64,000 nucleotides of DNA from an uncultured archaeon (GTDB lineage: Archaea > Asgardarchaeota > Heimdallarchaeia > Heimdallarchaeales > Heimdallarchaeaceae). This document shows, piece after piece, positions 8,484 to 19,591 of this stretch. Each line of letters starts with the position of its first letter. The first letter of the stretch is position 1. The notes below the pieces were generated by a model, which saw only the letters and a program-made list of their open reading frames with translations, searched no databases and had not been told where the DNA came from. Location: assembly GCA_964534625.1 (NCBI GenBank), contig CAZHRF010000006.1, positions 1 to 64,000 of the forward strand, given 5' to 3'. The translations under genes were made by a program, and so were the position numbers.

Positions 8484-10730
8484 ATGGAAATTTCATCACT
8501 ACCTATTCCCCCTCAAATTATAGATTTACTAAATGAAGAGGGTATAAAAACCTTATATCCCCCTCAGACCAAAGCAATCGAACAAGGCCTCTTAGATGGA
8601 ACAAATATGGTCGTGGCTATCCCGACAGCTTCAGGAAAAACTTTATTGGCACTATTAGCCAGTCTTAAAAGTTTAGAACAACCGGGAGTAAAAGTATTAT
8701 ATTTATCCCCATTAAAAGCATTGGCGTATGAAAAATATCAAGAATTTAGGAAATATTTTAACAAATTAAACAAAAAAGTCGTATTACTTACTGGCGATTA
8801 TGATGCAGAGGACAGAAAAGCATACTATTCAGATATAATTATAGCAACAAACGAAAAAGTTGATTCAGCATTAAGACACAGTTCAAAATGGTTGACGCAG
8901 TTGGGGGTGATTATTGTTGACGAAGTACATCTTATTAATGATGGACATAGAGGACCAACTTTAGAGGTCGTATTGGCACAACTCAGACAGATAACAAAAG
9001 CCCAAATACTTGCACTTAGTGCCACCATTAAAAATGCAGATCAAATTGCGAGGTGGTTACAAGCCGAACTGATATCAAGTGACTGGCGGCCAGTAGAGCT
9101 AAAAGAGGGAGTGTTGTATGGGAACAGAATAATTTATGCAGATGAAAAAGAAAAAAAAATCACCCATTACAAAGATGATAGCTTTTTAAATCTAATAGAA
9201 TATATACTAAAAAACAACGCACAAGCACTTATCTTCAATACTACACGGAGAACAGCTGAATCTACCGCCAAAAAAATGGCCAGATTGGTCAAAAACACTT
9301 TGTCGATAGATGAACAACGAGAGTTGGTAGGATATGCCAATATGATAGTAGATTCAGGAGAAAAAACGAAACAAGCCAAAGAGATAGCTGAACTACTAAA
9401 AAATGGTAGCTGTTATCATCATGCAGGATTAAGTCCAACAGAGAGAAGGGTAATAGAAGAAGCTTTCAAAAAAGGATGCATAAAGATAATATCTGCGACG
9501 CCAACTTTAGCTGCTGGAGTAAATCTTCCAGCAAGATATGTAATTATCAAAAGTGTTTATAGATATAATGTGACACTTGGCAATGTTCCCATTCCTGTAT
9601 TAGAATTTAAGCAACAATCAGGGAGAGCAGGAAGACCGCAATATGATAAACAAGGAGACGCAATTGTATATGCTAGATCTCAAAAAGAGGCTACAGATTT
9701 ATTCAATCGCTATATTCTATCCGATACTGAAGATATAGATTCTAAACTAGCCTCCGAACCAGCTTTACGTAGTATTATTCTGGGTCAAATTGCTTCTGAA
9801 AATACGCAAACTATGGAAGAAGTGTATGACTTCTTTAGTCAAACTTTTTATGGATTTCAACAAAATCCGGCAAATTTATCTACAATTCTATCTAATGTCA
9901 TAGACTTTCTAAGAGAAGAAGCCTTAATTACAAATGATGAACAATATCTGCTTCCAACAAAATTTGGTAAAAGAGTAAGCCAACTATATATTGATCCTTT
10001 AAGTGCGGTTGTATTAAGATCAGGAATAATACGTGCGAATCAAATGGCAGATTATTTTCTGAAGGACTTGAGTTTTCTTCACTTAGTGTGCTCAACTCCT
10101 GATGTACGGTTTATAAATGCAAGGAAAAATGAACAAATACAATTGATGAATTTTATAACCAATCATGAGGAAGAATTCATTACAGAGATGCCCCAAACAT
10201 CATTTGATTTAGAACTATTCATCAACCGAGTAAAAACAGCATTGATATTAAGAGATTGGATAAAAGAGACTCCCGAGGATACTATTTTAGATAAATATAA
10301 TGTATATAGTGGAGATGTATATAGCATTGTTAATAATGCTGAATGGATATTGTATGCAGCAGGAGAAATAAGTAAACTCTTAGGATATGAAAAAATTTCT
10401 GCAAAAATCACCATTCTTCATCAACGAGTCATTGATGGTATCAAACAAGAATTATTAAACTTGGTACAAATAAAAGGGATCGGAAGAGTGAGAGCTAGAA
10501 CGTTATTCAATCATGGATATAAGACAGTTGAAGATTTAAAACAAACGAAACCTTCAAAAATTATTGATTTACCAGGTTTTGGTGCTGAATTAGTAAAAAA
10601 TATTTATATTGAAATCTTTGGAAAACAACAAGGGGAAATATTGGTACAAGATTTAACAATAAAAGAAGATGAACAAAAAGCAGATACTAGTTGGACAGCA
10701 ACACAAAAATCCCTCGATGAATTTTTTTAA
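8484..10730 (+). CDS. hel308: Hel308/Hjm Ski2-like DNA helicase with C-terminal PIP box
   Basis: PTASGKT, DEVH, LSAT, HHAGL, TPTLAAGVNLPA, QQSGRAGRPQYD, HhH GIGRVRAR; ends QKSLDEFF. Confidence 0.95.
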   Translation: MEISSLPIPPQIIDLLNEEGIKTLYPPQTKAIEQGLLDGTNMVVAIPTASGKTLLALLASLKSLEQPGVKVLYLSPLKALAYEKYQEFRKYFNKLNKKVVLLTGDYDAEDRKAYYSDIIIATNEKVDSALRHSSKWLTQLGVIIVDEVHLINDGHRGPTLEVVLAQLRQITKAQILALSATIKNADQIARWLQAELISSDWRPVELKEGVLYGNRIIYADEKEKKITHYKDDSFLNLIEYILKNNAQALIFNTTRRTAESTAKKMARLVKNTLSIDEQRELVGYANMIVDSGEKTKQAKEIAELLKNGSCYHHAGLSPTERRVIEEAFKKGCIKIISATPTLAAGVNLPARYVIIKSVYRYNVTLGNVPIPVLEFKQQSGRAGRPQYDKQGDAIVYARSQKEATDLFNRYILSDTEDIDSKLASEPALRSIILGQIASENTQTMEEVYDFFSQTFYGFQQNPANLSTILSNVIDFLREEALITNDEQYLLPTKFGKRVSQLYIDPLSAVVLRSGIIRANQMADYFLKDLSFLHLVCSTPDVRFINARKNEQIQLMNFITNHEEEFITEMPQTSFDLELFINRVKTALILRDWIKETPEDTILDKYNVYSGDVYSIVNNAEWILYAAGEISKLLGYEKISAKITILHQRVIDGIKQELLNLVQIKGIGRVRARTLFNHGYKTVEDLKQTKPSKIIDLPGFGAELVKNIYIEIFGKQQGEILVQDLTIKEDEQKADTSWTATQKSLDEFF

Positions 10731-10782
10731 AAAATGAGTACTAGAGCAATATTCAAAAAAGAGTTGTTTTAATTATTAATAT

Positions 10783-11346
10783 ATGATTCCCCTTGAAGAC
10801 TTTGCTTCAAAAGAATTAGAACGTATACAATATGATTTTGAAAGTCAAGATATAGAAGTTAAATGTCTTAAGAATATGGAAGATTTGCAACTAATTGGTG
10901 AAAAAACCATCAGATTAAGAAAAGGCTCTGTTATACGGATACCTTTTTGGTTAGCATTAATACTAGAAAAAGAAGAATATATTGAGATTGAAATGAATAT
11001 TATGAACATAGATATTCCTCAACTGCATAAAATGTCAGATAGTGAACAAGAGAATTCTCCATTACAGAAAGTGAATACATTCTTTTATATTTTAGCCAAG
11101 AATTCCATAAAAGAATTAAAGACGGGTAACAGTTTTAGTTCTTTCAAAAAAAAGGAAACCATAATTACCAATTTAAGTGTATTAATGAGACAGAGACTAA
11201 ATAAAATAATCAGAATCGCAGCTAAGGGGAAGGATATTACAACAACTACGCGTAACATGACACCTGAAGAAAGTTGGTTATTCGAAATTGTTTCTGATGC
11301 AATAGAAAAATGGAAAGACATAGTGACAAGTAAAGAAACCTTGTAA
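10783..11346 (+). CDS. gins23: GINS subunit, Gins23 (Psf2/Psf3-like) type
   Basis: N-terminal B domain IPFWLALIL, A domain RQRLNKII and NMTPEESWLF; clustered with mcm. Confidence 0.8.
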   Translation: MIPLEDFASKELERIQYDFESQDIEVKCLKNMEDLQLIGEKTIRLRKGSVIRIPFWLALILEKEEYIEIEMNIMNIDIPQLHKMSDSEQENSPLQKVNTFFYILAKNSIKELKTGNSFSSFKKKETIITNLSVLMRQRLNKIIRIAAKGKDITTTTRNMTPEESWLFEIVSDAIEKWKDIVTSKETL

Positions 11347-11403
11347 TCGGATTTCGGTTTATGTTAACCTAAAATTTATAACCGAGTTCAGCAAATTTAT
11401 TAT

Positions 11404-13023
11404 ATGCCTAAATACATATTTGTTTGTGGAGCGTTAATTTCAGGGTTAGGAAAGGGGATTGTTACTACTTCTATAGGACGTAATCTACAATTAAGAGGAA
11501 AAAAGGTTAATGTGTTGAAGATTGATCCTTATTTAAATATAGATAGTGGAACAATGAACCCTTATGAACATGGCGAGACATACGTTTCTTCGGATGGATC
11601 TGAGCTTGATGTCGATTTCGGACATTATGAACGGAATTTAGGTCTTGAAATTCAAAAAGAACAAAATATCACTACTGGACAAGTATATCTGTCTGTTATC
11701 GAAGCTGAGAGAAGAGGAGATTATTTAGGTAAAACAGTGCAAGTTGTTCCACATATTACAGACGAAATTAAGCACCGAATACGTTCTTTTATTGATAAGA
11801 ACCCACAAATAGATGTTTTAATCATAGAAGTTGGAGGGACAATTGGTGATATTGAAAGTCAACCATTCCTAGAAGCTATACGGCAAATACGCAGAGAAAT
11901 GCCTAGTGAGGATACACTACTCGTACTTTTAACGTATATTTTAGAGCCTCCAAACATAAATGAACAAAAAACAAAACCCACTCAACATGCGATAAGAGAA
12001 TTACAATCAATGGGTTTAAGTCCAAATTTTGTAATTGCACGAGGGAGAAACCCGCTAACTGAAAAAGCAAAAGAAAAAATTGTGTTATTCTGTGATGTTC
12101 CCGCTAATGCGGTTTTCTCTTTACCCGATTTACCCCATGTACTCATGGCACCACATTATTTAGACAAACAAGGATTTGGATCAGCATTAAATCTTATGTT
12201 GAGATTTGAAGATATTAGCGCTGATTGGTCTGAAGAAGAGAGACTCGTTGATAAATTTCTTCATGCCAATAAGACTATTAATATTGCAATAACGGGAAAA
12301 TATACCAAATTGGCTGACTCCTATATTAGTATTAAAGAAGCCTTATATCATGCAGGAGCACATAATGGTGCAAAGGTTAATATTGACTTTATATCAACTG
12401 AAAATTTTGAAATAGACGAAAACAAATTAAGTATATTAAACAAATATGATGGTATACTTGTACCAGGAGGGTTTGGTTCAAGGGGAGCAGAAGGTAAAAT
12501 CGCTGTTATCAAATATGCAAGAGAAAAAAAAATACCATTTTTAGGGATCTGTTTTGGGTTTCAATTGTCTGTGATTGAATATGCACGCAATGTAATAGGA
12601 ATGGAAAATGCTAATTCTACAGAAATAAATCCAAATACAGAATATCCAGTAATAACTTTGCTACCAGAGCAAAAAAATGTTGTTGACATGGGAGGAACAA
12701 TGCGGTTGGGAAAGCATAAAGTATTGATTAAACCTGATACACAATTTGAACAGATGTATGAAAATACAATAATTTATGAACGACATAGGCACAGATATGA
12801 GGTTAATCCAAAGTATTTAGGGAAATTGGAAGAAAAAGGATTGTGTTTCTCTGCAACCTCAGCTGATGGTGTTCGAATGGAAACATTAGAATTAAAAAAT
12901 CACCCATGTTTTATTGCAACGCAGTATCATCCAGAGTTTAGGTCCAGACCTCAAAACCCATCACCCCCATATTTTCGATTTGTTCAATGTTCTATAGCAC
13001 ATCATAATAGTAAATACCAATAA
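11404..13023 (+). CDS. pyrG: CTP synthase
   Basis: SGLGKG, KIDPYLN, GTMNPYEHGE, KTKPTQH, GICFG, RHRHRYE, QYHPEF. Confidence 0.98.
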   Translation: MPKYIFVCGALISGLGKGIVTTSIGRNLQLRGKKVNVLKIDPYLNIDSGTMNPYEHGETYVSSDGSELDVDFGHYERNLGLEIQKEQNITTGQVYLSVIEAERRGDYLGKTVQVVPHITDEIKHRIRSFIDKNPQIDVLIIEVGGTIGDIESQPFLEAIRQIRREMPSEDTLLVLLTYILEPPNINEQKTKPTQHAIRELQSMGLSPNFVIARGRNPLTEKAKEKIVLFCDVPANAVFSLPDLPHVLMAPHYLDKQGFGSALNLMLRFEDISADWSEEERLVDKFLHANKTINIAITGKYTKLADSYISIKEALYHAGAHNGAKVNIDFISTENFEIDENKLSILNKYDGILVPGGFGSRGAEGKIAVIKYAREKKIPFLGICFGFQLSVIEYARNVIGMENANSTEINPNTEYPVITLLPEQKNVVDMGGTMRLGKHKVLIKPDTQFEQMYENTIIYERHRHRYEVNPKYLGKLEEKGLCFSATSADGVRMETLELKNHPCFIATQYHPEFRSRPQNPSPPYFRFVQCSIAHHNSKYQ

Positions 13024-13126
13024 GAATGCATGCATTTTTTATCTAATGGAACGTTTTTATCTTTATTTTTGCTTTAAATACTAAAAAAGTCTTTAAATAC
13101 TAAAATAAAGTATAATTATTTGTCAA

Positions 13127-14287
13127 GTGAACTTTATGGCATTAAAAAACAATATTGATGTAGCAATTGACAATATTACAAAAAAAATTGAAAAATATAA
13201 CTTAAATAGGAAAATGTTTCAAGACCTATTCAAGAAAATAAAGTATAGCTTGAATCCCTCAAAGTTTCCTGATGCTTTCCAGTTCAATACGCATGATAAT
13301 TCATTTGTGGTGAAAGTGTCAAAATCTGATGAGGAAGGTTTAAAATTTGCTGGGGTTGACGGAGGTATATGTCATCGTTCTCTTAATTATTTTGATATTG
13401 CTTTAATTAGAGCTGTTGGGGTACTATTTTTTCATCAACCCAATAATAAACCCTATGTAAGATATTTCCCAAGTAAAAATCCTTTCCCCGACATTTTAAC
13501 TAGTATTGAACCTTTAAGGAGCACCGAAGTGGATTTACTTATTGGCATGTGGAGAATGCAAAAAGAAATTAGGTGCGCCATATCGTTACTTGAACAGGAC
13601 TTACCTGATATCATAATATTGGATGGTTCTGTTTCACCTTTAGTCGATTTAAGAGAAGTAAAACAGAGTAATTACTTACTTGATCAATACATACGATTAA
13701 AAACACTCTATAGAAAACTCTACACATTGTCTGCAAAGAATCACACTTTACTTTGTGGAGTAGTAAAAGATTCACGTTCTGCTGTTTTGAGTGCAAAACT
13801 ATCAATGCTATTGCCACATTTAACAAAACGACCCGAACTAGAAGAACTGTTATCAATAGATTATAGACCAATCGTGCGTTTATTACGGGATATGGATTTA
13901 CTTTATCCTGTATTAGATAAATATGAGAGAACATTCGAATTCTTTTTATCATACTTCAACGATGAAACCGATCACGATCTAAAAGATTATCCCATACATT
14001 GCTTTTATCAAAAAACAGCCAGATATGATAATCCCTTACGAGTAGAATTTCCCATTTTATTTTCCGATTCTAGCACCTTATCAAAAAGGATAGCCTCTTT
14101 AATAGCCTCTATTTCAAGTTACAATCGAGAATATGGACTACCTAGTGTCATTATTGAAGCAGATCATCGTGCAAAAATTAATGAAATAGATGCGGATATA
14201 TTGATTGATCAAATCGCAGCAAAAATTGGGCACTCAAGTTTCTCTCTTCAGAAACGAAGAACACGAACACCATTTTCAAGGAGATAA
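13127..14287 (+). CDS. nurA: NurA 5'-3' nuclease
   Basis: AGVDGG, ILDGS, GVVKDS, YGLPSVIIEADHRAK; adjacent to herA. Confidence 0.9.
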   Translation: MNFMALKNNIDVAIDNITKKIEKYNLNRKMFQDLFKKIKYSLNPSKFPDAFQFNTHDNSFVVKVSKSDEEGLKFAGVDGGICHRSLNYFDIALIRAVGVLFFHQPNNKPYVRYFPSKNPFPDILTSIEPLRSTEVDLLIGMWRMQKEIRCAISLLEQDLPDIIILDGSVSPLVDLREVKQSNYLLDQYIRLKTLYRKLYTLSAKNHTLLCGVVKDSRSAVLSAKLSMLLPHLTKRPELEELLSIDYRPIVRLLRDMDLLYPVLDKYERTFEFFLSYFNDETDHDLKDYPIHCFYQKTARYDNPLRVEFPILFSDSSTLSKRIASLIASISSYNREYGLPSVIIEADHRAKINEIDADILIDQIAAKIGHSSFSLQKRRTRTPFSRR

Positions 14288-14293
14288 AAATCA

Positions 14294-15793
14294 ATGAAAA
14301 ATAGAATGAATATTGGAACTGTAATTGTACAACAAGACACACCTAACCCTCATGAATTCAGTTTTGTACTAAACAAACCCGAAACAGAAATTACCATCAA
14401 ATTAGGGATGTACGTTCTAGTACCGATTGATGAAGGTGAAGTAATTGCGGCTATAATGGACGTGTTTAAAACAAATAGGTATTTTTCCTCTCCCTCAGCA
14501 GTAAAAGGATATGAAGAGAGTGGTAGATCCTTATCATCTATCTTCCCTTCAGATTCATGGGAATATATTATAGCAAAAGCCAAACCATTAGGTATAATTA
14601 CTGATGGGGGCATTACACGTCTACTTTCACCCGTCTCTCCTGGTTTGGAAGTCTATTTGGCAGAAAATTCCATTTTACGTGAGTTTTTAGGATTCAATCA
14701 TCAAAACGGTTTGAAAATAGGACATATTCTAGAACATCAACTAGATGTCGAAATAGATCTCACTAGAATGCTACAAAAACATGCAGCGCTTTTAGCAATT
14801 TCTGGTGCTGGAAAGTCTTATACAACTTCTGTAATAATTGAAGAAATACTCTCCCGTAAACAGAATGATGGACGTATTGCACTTGTTCTATTTGACGTAC
14901 ATGGCGAGTATAAGGGGTTGGGTTCACCCAGTTCTCCGTTTGAAGATCAAGTAGAAGTTTTTCCAGGTCCCTTTATTCAATTTGCTACACATAAGATTAC
15001 TGCAGGAGAATTTGCCATGTTACAACCCCAAATTTCTCCTGCCCAACTAAGAGAACTCTATAAAATTTTAGGGAAACTTTACCAAAACAAAATTAGAAAT
15101 GGACAGTCTTATTTATTAAATGATATCATCAAAGAAATTGAAATTGATGAGACAATTAATGCAAGAAGTCGTGAAGCACTAGTTGGATGGTTATATACAC
15201 TTGAAAATACTCGTTTATTTGGTCCCTCAGAAAATCCTAACTTAAAAGAAAGCATCAAACCGGGCCATCTCCTTATTATAGATTTAAGCGAATTTACAAG
15301 CTTAAGAAAAAAACAAATGATAGTCGCATATATTCTTCAAAGATTATTTGATTTTAGAAAAAAAAACGAGATCCCCCCCACAACAGTTATTGTAGAAGAA
15401 AGTCACCAATTTTGTCCTGAAGCAAGTATTTCTCTTGCTTTATCCCGTAGTATAATTGAAACGATAGCTCGTGAAGGGAGGAAATTTTTCTTATCCCTTC
15501 TCTTGATAAGCCAAAGACCAGTCAAATTATCAACAACTGCTTTAAGTCAATGCAATACTCATCTTATAATGAGAATATTAAATCCCTATGATCTAGATTT
15601 TATAGCTAAATCGTCTGAGGGGATTAATAGGGAAACACTTGATGCAATCACTATTCTTGGAATAGGGGAAGCAATAATTGTCGGAAATGCAGTAAATTAT
15701 CCTATATTTCTTAAAGTAAGAGAGAGACTAACAAAATCCTTAGAAACACAGAGCCTTATTGATGTAGCAAGAGCTTTCGATAATGAAGAATAA
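14294..15793 (+). CDS. herA: HerA DNA translocase/helicase
   Basis: N-terminal HAS barrel, HAALLAISGAGKS, FDVHGEY, VEESHQF, AREGRKF, SQRP. Confidence 0.93.
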   Translation: MKNRMNIGTVIVQQDTPNPHEFSFVLNKPETEITIKLGMYVLVPIDEGEVIAAIMDVFKTNRYFSSPSAVKGYEESGRSLSSIFPSDSWEYIIAKAKPLGIITDGGITRLLSPVSPGLEVYLAENSILREFLGFNHQNGLKIGHILEHQLDVEIDLTRMLQKHAALLAISGAGKSYTTSVIIEEILSRKQNDGRIALVLFDVHGEYKGLGSPSSPFEDQVEVFPGPFIQFATHKITAGEFAMLQPQISPAQLRELYKILGKLYQNKIRNGQSYLLNDIIKEIEIDETINARSREALVGWLYTLENTRLFGPSENPNLKESIKPGHLLIIDLSEFTSLRKKQMIVAYILQRLFDFRKKNEIPPTTVIVEESHQFCPEASISLALSRSIIETIAREGRKFFLSLLLISQRPVKLSTTALSQCNTHLIMRILNPYDLDFIAKSSEGINRETLDAITILGIGEAIIVGNAVNYPIFLKVRERLTKSLETQSLIDVARAFDNEE

Positions 15794-16027
15794 GAAATAA
15801 CATGATAATAAAAAATAAATAAGGTGAAAGGAAAAACTCCTTAACTAAGTCTTTTTCTGTCAATGATTAATCTTAGATGGTTTCTTGTTATTAAGAGCCT
15901 AAAAACATCCACTTTAATTTTTGTAATAATCATTCTCAAAATCAAATACATTTTTATCAAAATATTTTTAAGCAATATTCTAGCAGAAGTATTTGAAGAA
16001 GTATATTTGAACTTCTTGGTGAAATTA

Positions 16028-16261
16028 ATGTCTAGTATTCCAATCAATAATTTACGCAAGGTCATTGGCAAACAAGTTGTTATACGTTTGAAGGATAATG
16101 TGAAGTATGCAGGACGATTAGAAAGTTTCGATCAGTATATGAACTGTCGTCTCTCTGAAGCTGTAGAAGTAATAGATGACGAAGAAGTATCCAAATATGG
16201 AGATCTCTTTGTACGCGGTAATAATATATTACTAATCCAATTAGAGGCTCCAGAAGATTAA
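16028..16261 (+). CDS. Sm-like archaeal protein (SmAP/Lsm)
   Basis: Sm1 GRLESFDQYMNCRL and Sm2 VRGNNI; true start ATG 16028 after GGTGA, not 15863. Confidence 0.92.
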   Translation: MSSIPINNLRKVIGKQVVIRLKDNVKYAGRLESFDQYMNCRLSEAVEVIDDEEVSKYGDLFVRGNNILLIQLEAPED

Positions 16262-16358
16262 AAGTATCCGTTAATTTCTTCTCAATAATATCTTTTCGCA
16301 ATGGTACTTTCTACTGTTAACAATTTATTGAAGGTTAAGAATAGAAATATTATTTTCC

Positions 16359-18497
16359 TTAATCTTCATTATCTGAATATGATTCAGTTCGATATTCTGC
16401 TCGCTCTTTAATTTCTTCTTGTACTATTTCGTCATACTCTTTAATTTCTTTTCGTCTTACTTGCTGGTAATTAGTTACAAGATTTGATAATAGATCTTCT
16501 TTTTCCTTTGTAACTTTTTCTTCTAATCTAGATTCTGCTTGCTTTAACAACTCTTCCAATAATTCTTCCTTGATTATAGCAATTTCATCTATACGTACAA
16601 TATCTTCAGATTCTGGTATATCCACAATTGGTATCCTCATTTCAAGAAGTTTATTCTTCGCATAATAAGATAGGAGAGAAGGATCACCAAGTATTGCTTT
16701 TATATTAAACGAAGCAAGCATTTCAGCTGTAGTTTCTCCTCCAACTCCTGTATCTAATATAAGAACGGTATCATTAGCATTCAATCCATATCTATTTGCT
16801 GTTCGTTCTATTTCATCTTTAGTGAACTTCTTTATTACCTTAAGTGGGACCCACCCTTTTTTTCCCCGCAACCATGCTACTCTTTTTAATTCATCAATTC
16901 TTGCAGCGAAACGCTCTAGTTCTTTATTTAATTGAGTGATTTTCTCTTTTTGTGAAGAAATAAAGTCATCTTTTTTTTGTATTACTCTCTCTCTCTGTAC
17001 TTGACGAATATATTCTGATTTACCTTCAAAGATTTTATATTGCAAAAATTCTATTTTTTTTCTTAATTGTTCATTTTCCGCAAAAATTTCTCTATTCTTT
17101 TTAGCTTCATAATCAACTCTATCTTGTAACAACTCTATCTTTTTTGATAATTCCTCAATGGTAGGCTGTTTTTCCTTCTCTTCTTTCTTCTCAACAATCA
17201 ACACTGGTTGTTCATCATCACGTTCTTGTTCTAATTGTTTTTGAATCTGTTCCACAGCTTGAGAAAGAGAGATACCTTTAACAAACATATCTTTTATTTG
17301 ATCTCGTAATGATTTTCCATAAGTGTCAAAGAATTTGTTTTCTATTTTTTCAAAATCAGACTTGTAATAAAGATAAGCTTTATGAGCTGCAGCTAGTGAA
17401 TCTCGCTGATGAGCATCATCTGTAATGATACCTTGTTCGACAGCAAGTTTACGAGATATATCATTTTTTTCTGAGACAGTCATTATACTTCTTGGAGCAT
17501 ATAATTTAGCGTTTAGCATAGCTGCAATTTTCTCAACATACTGAGGATAAGGAAACTTATCTACTGCAACAATAGAGGGTTTTCCATATCGGCTAATCTT
17601 TCTTACAATATCTCCTCGACTCGCCTCACGATGGCTATCAACATTGAGTATTTTACCATTTAGATCTAAAATTGATATACCAACAGTCAAACCTGGATCA
17701 ATTCCGACTATAAGATTGCGCAGTTTTTGTTTTTTAGTTACTTCTTGCGTTAAAGGAATAAATTCAACTCTCTCTTTATTAACAGGTACAATTTTGATTC
17801 TGACAAGTTTTCCTTTTCCTTTTTTAACATGTTTAGTTATCTCATGAATAGGAGCATAAACAGAAAAAGTTACTTTTTTGGAACCGTATTTACTTCTAGC
17901 ATATCTAGCATCATAATCGAAATTATTTTCTTTCAAAATATCCTCTATTTTTAATCCTTCCTGTTTTACAGCTGTATCTAATAACCTACCATATCGTGCT
18001 TGAGACCAGCCACCCGGACCTTTTGATCGTGATCTTGCTACAATTATATTTGTTTCATCTTCAAAAGGTTCAATCAAGTATCCCAGTCGTCTACTAGCTA
18101 AAATAGCACATGCTTCTGCAGCTTGTAATGGGCGAAGTTTTCCTTTTACAGATAAATCTTGATCATTCATTAGTTTAGTCAAAGAAGTAAAACCATGAAT
18201 AGGTGAGCCTGTCACTTGAACGAGTTTAGTGGTAGGCATTAGTTGTAAACATAAATAGGGAATTTGATGTGGTCTCTCAACTAGCTCGTATATATTATCA
18301 GAAACCAAATAATCAGCTTTAAATTCTTGTACAATTCGTATTAGTTTGCTATAACTTGCTTTATTGTAAGATTCTATTCCTTCTTCCTTTTGTGTATCAT
18401 ACACAAATACAGCATAGTAAGGTTTAGACGAAACGCTGGTTTTAGGTAAAATATCAATTCCTATGATAATTGATGATTCTTTGGCTATAAATATCAC
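16359..18497 (-). CDS. DUF460-family protein (RNase H-like folds plus coiled coil)
   Basis: IIGIDILP, LVQVTG, GPGGWSQARY, IVGIDPG, HQRDSLAAA, long coiled coil. Confidence 0.85.
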   Translation of the reverse strand: MIFIAKESSIIIGIDILPKTSVSSKPYYAVFVYDTQKEEGIESYNKASYSKLIRIVQEFKADYLVSDNIYELVERPHQIPYLCLQLMPTTKLVQVTGSPIHGFTSLTKLMNDQDLSVKGKLRPLQAAEACAILASRRLGYLIEPFEDETNIIVARSRSKGPGGWSQARYGRLLDTAVKQEGLKIEDILKENNFDYDARYARSKYGSKKVTFSVYAPIHEITKHVKKGKGKLVRIKIVPVNKERVEFIPLTQEVTKKQKLRNLIVGIDPGLTVGISILDLNGKILNVDSHREASRGDIVRKISRYGKPSIVAVDKFPYPQYVEKIAAMLNAKLYAPRSIMTVSEKNDISRKLAVEQGIITDDAHQRDSLAAAHKAYLYYKSDFEKIENKFFDTYGKSLRDQIKDMFVKGISLSQAVEQIQKQLEQERDDEQPVLIVEKKEEKEKQPTIEELSKKIELLQDRVDYEAKKNREIFAENEQLRKKIEFLQYKIFEGKSEYIRQVQRERVIQKKDDFISSQKEKITQLNKELERFAARIDELKRVAWLRGKKGWVPLKVIKKFTKDEIERTANRYGLNANDTVLILDTGVGGETTAEMLASFNIKAILGDPSLLSYYAKNKLLEMRIPIVDIPESEDIVRIDEIAIIKEELLEELLKQAESRLEEKVTKEKEDLLSNLVTNYQQVRRKEIKEYDEIVQEEIKERAEYRTESYSDNED

Positions 18498-18508
18498 CTA
18501 ATATTAAT

Positions 18509-19405
18509 TTATCCCTTTGTAATATACTCTAAGACAGATTTTACTTCCGCACTTATATTATATTTCTTTGCAAAGAAATTACAAATGTGTTCTAAATCTC
18601 TCTTCAATAGATTCAAAGCTTCGGGATGTGATTTGTTTACTGCTTGTGGAAAATCTATGAACGTAAGTTTATGGGTTTTTTCATTATATAGTATATTATA
18701 TGCTGTCAAATCTCCATGGATCAGCTCAAGTTCTTTATATAATCTTTTTGCGAATTCAATGATTTCTTTTAACGTTATTTCAGGGTTTTTAATTTGATTA
18801 GCATTAATGTTTATCAATTCCAAACCTTCTAAGATCTCCATAACAATAAGATGCCGATTATGAGCAAAAACCTTAGGGACAGCAAATGATTTCTCATTAA
18901 GGAGTTGTAAAACTTCATATTCTCTTTGAGCAGAAACAGCAGCTAAGAAGAACATGTTATAATGTGTTCTATTCTTTACATATCCACGCTTTCTTTTCAC
19001 ATGCTGAAAACTTGTTCTTCCAGTACGGTTAAATTTTAAGAGTTTTTCATTTTCTTCAAAGTCAATACCGTAATAAACATCGCTCTCTTTTCCAACTCCC
19101 AAGCTCATACCTACACCATAAATCTCTTTCTGATTGTAGAGAGCATTAAGAGCTAGAATATCAAAACCAGAAATTGTTAAAGTATAACCAACAAAATGTC
19201 CTTTCCATCTTTGGAGAAGATTCAGTTTATGGAGTTTGGATAACTTCATCTCAACATCACTTTCATAGTATCCAGAAAATTTAGTGATTAAATGGACAGG
19301 TGCATACTCTCCTCTTTTTAGTAATGTTTCTACCATATGAAGAACTCGTATATCTTCATTACTAAGTTCCTTCAATACTTTACTGGCACGAAGAGTGATA
19401 GGCAT
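18509..19405 (-). CDS. rio2: RIO2-type atypical kinase with N-terminal wHTH
   Basis: GVGKESDVY, GRTSF, SAQREY, IHGDLTAYNIL, IDFPQ; likely start ATG 19405 (MPITLR). Confidence 0.9.
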   Translation of the reverse strand: MPITLRASKVLKELSNEDIRVLHMVETLLKRGEYAPVHLITKFSGYYESDVEMKLSKLHKLNLLQRWKGHFVGYTLTISGFDILALNALYNQKEIYGVGMSLGVGKESDVYYGIDFEENEKLLKFNRTGRTSFQHVKRKRGYVKNRTHYNMFFLAAVSAQREYEVLQLLNEKSFAVPKVFAHNRHLIVMEILEGLELININANQIKNPEITLKEIIEFAKRLYKELELIHGDLTAYNILYNEKTHKLTFIDFPQAVNKSHPEALNLLKRDLEHICNFFAKKYNISAEVKSVLEYITKG

Positions 19406-19591
19406 TATAAAAAATAAGTAGATTAAACTTAAAATACTTTTTATTTGAGGTACTTGTAATTTTGTCATCAGCTACTAAAGTATAGCCAGAAAGCCAGAAA
19501 AAATACTCCTTTAGACAATATCAATTCATTTCATATCATAAAAAGGTTCAAAAAAGTAGTAAAATAGGATACATTTAAGGGCGATTTAAGG

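Noticed and set aside
11363-11374. GTTAACCTAAAA shared upstream of pyrG and ino1 (34881-34892), vaguely DtxR-like
   Set aside because: A 12-mer match between AT-rich spacers is expected by chance, and the palindromic halves are poorly matched.
15863-16027. N-terminal extension of the Sm protein in the ORF track
   Set aside because: Low-complexity AT-rich promoter sequence; the Sm fold and SD start at ATG 16028.
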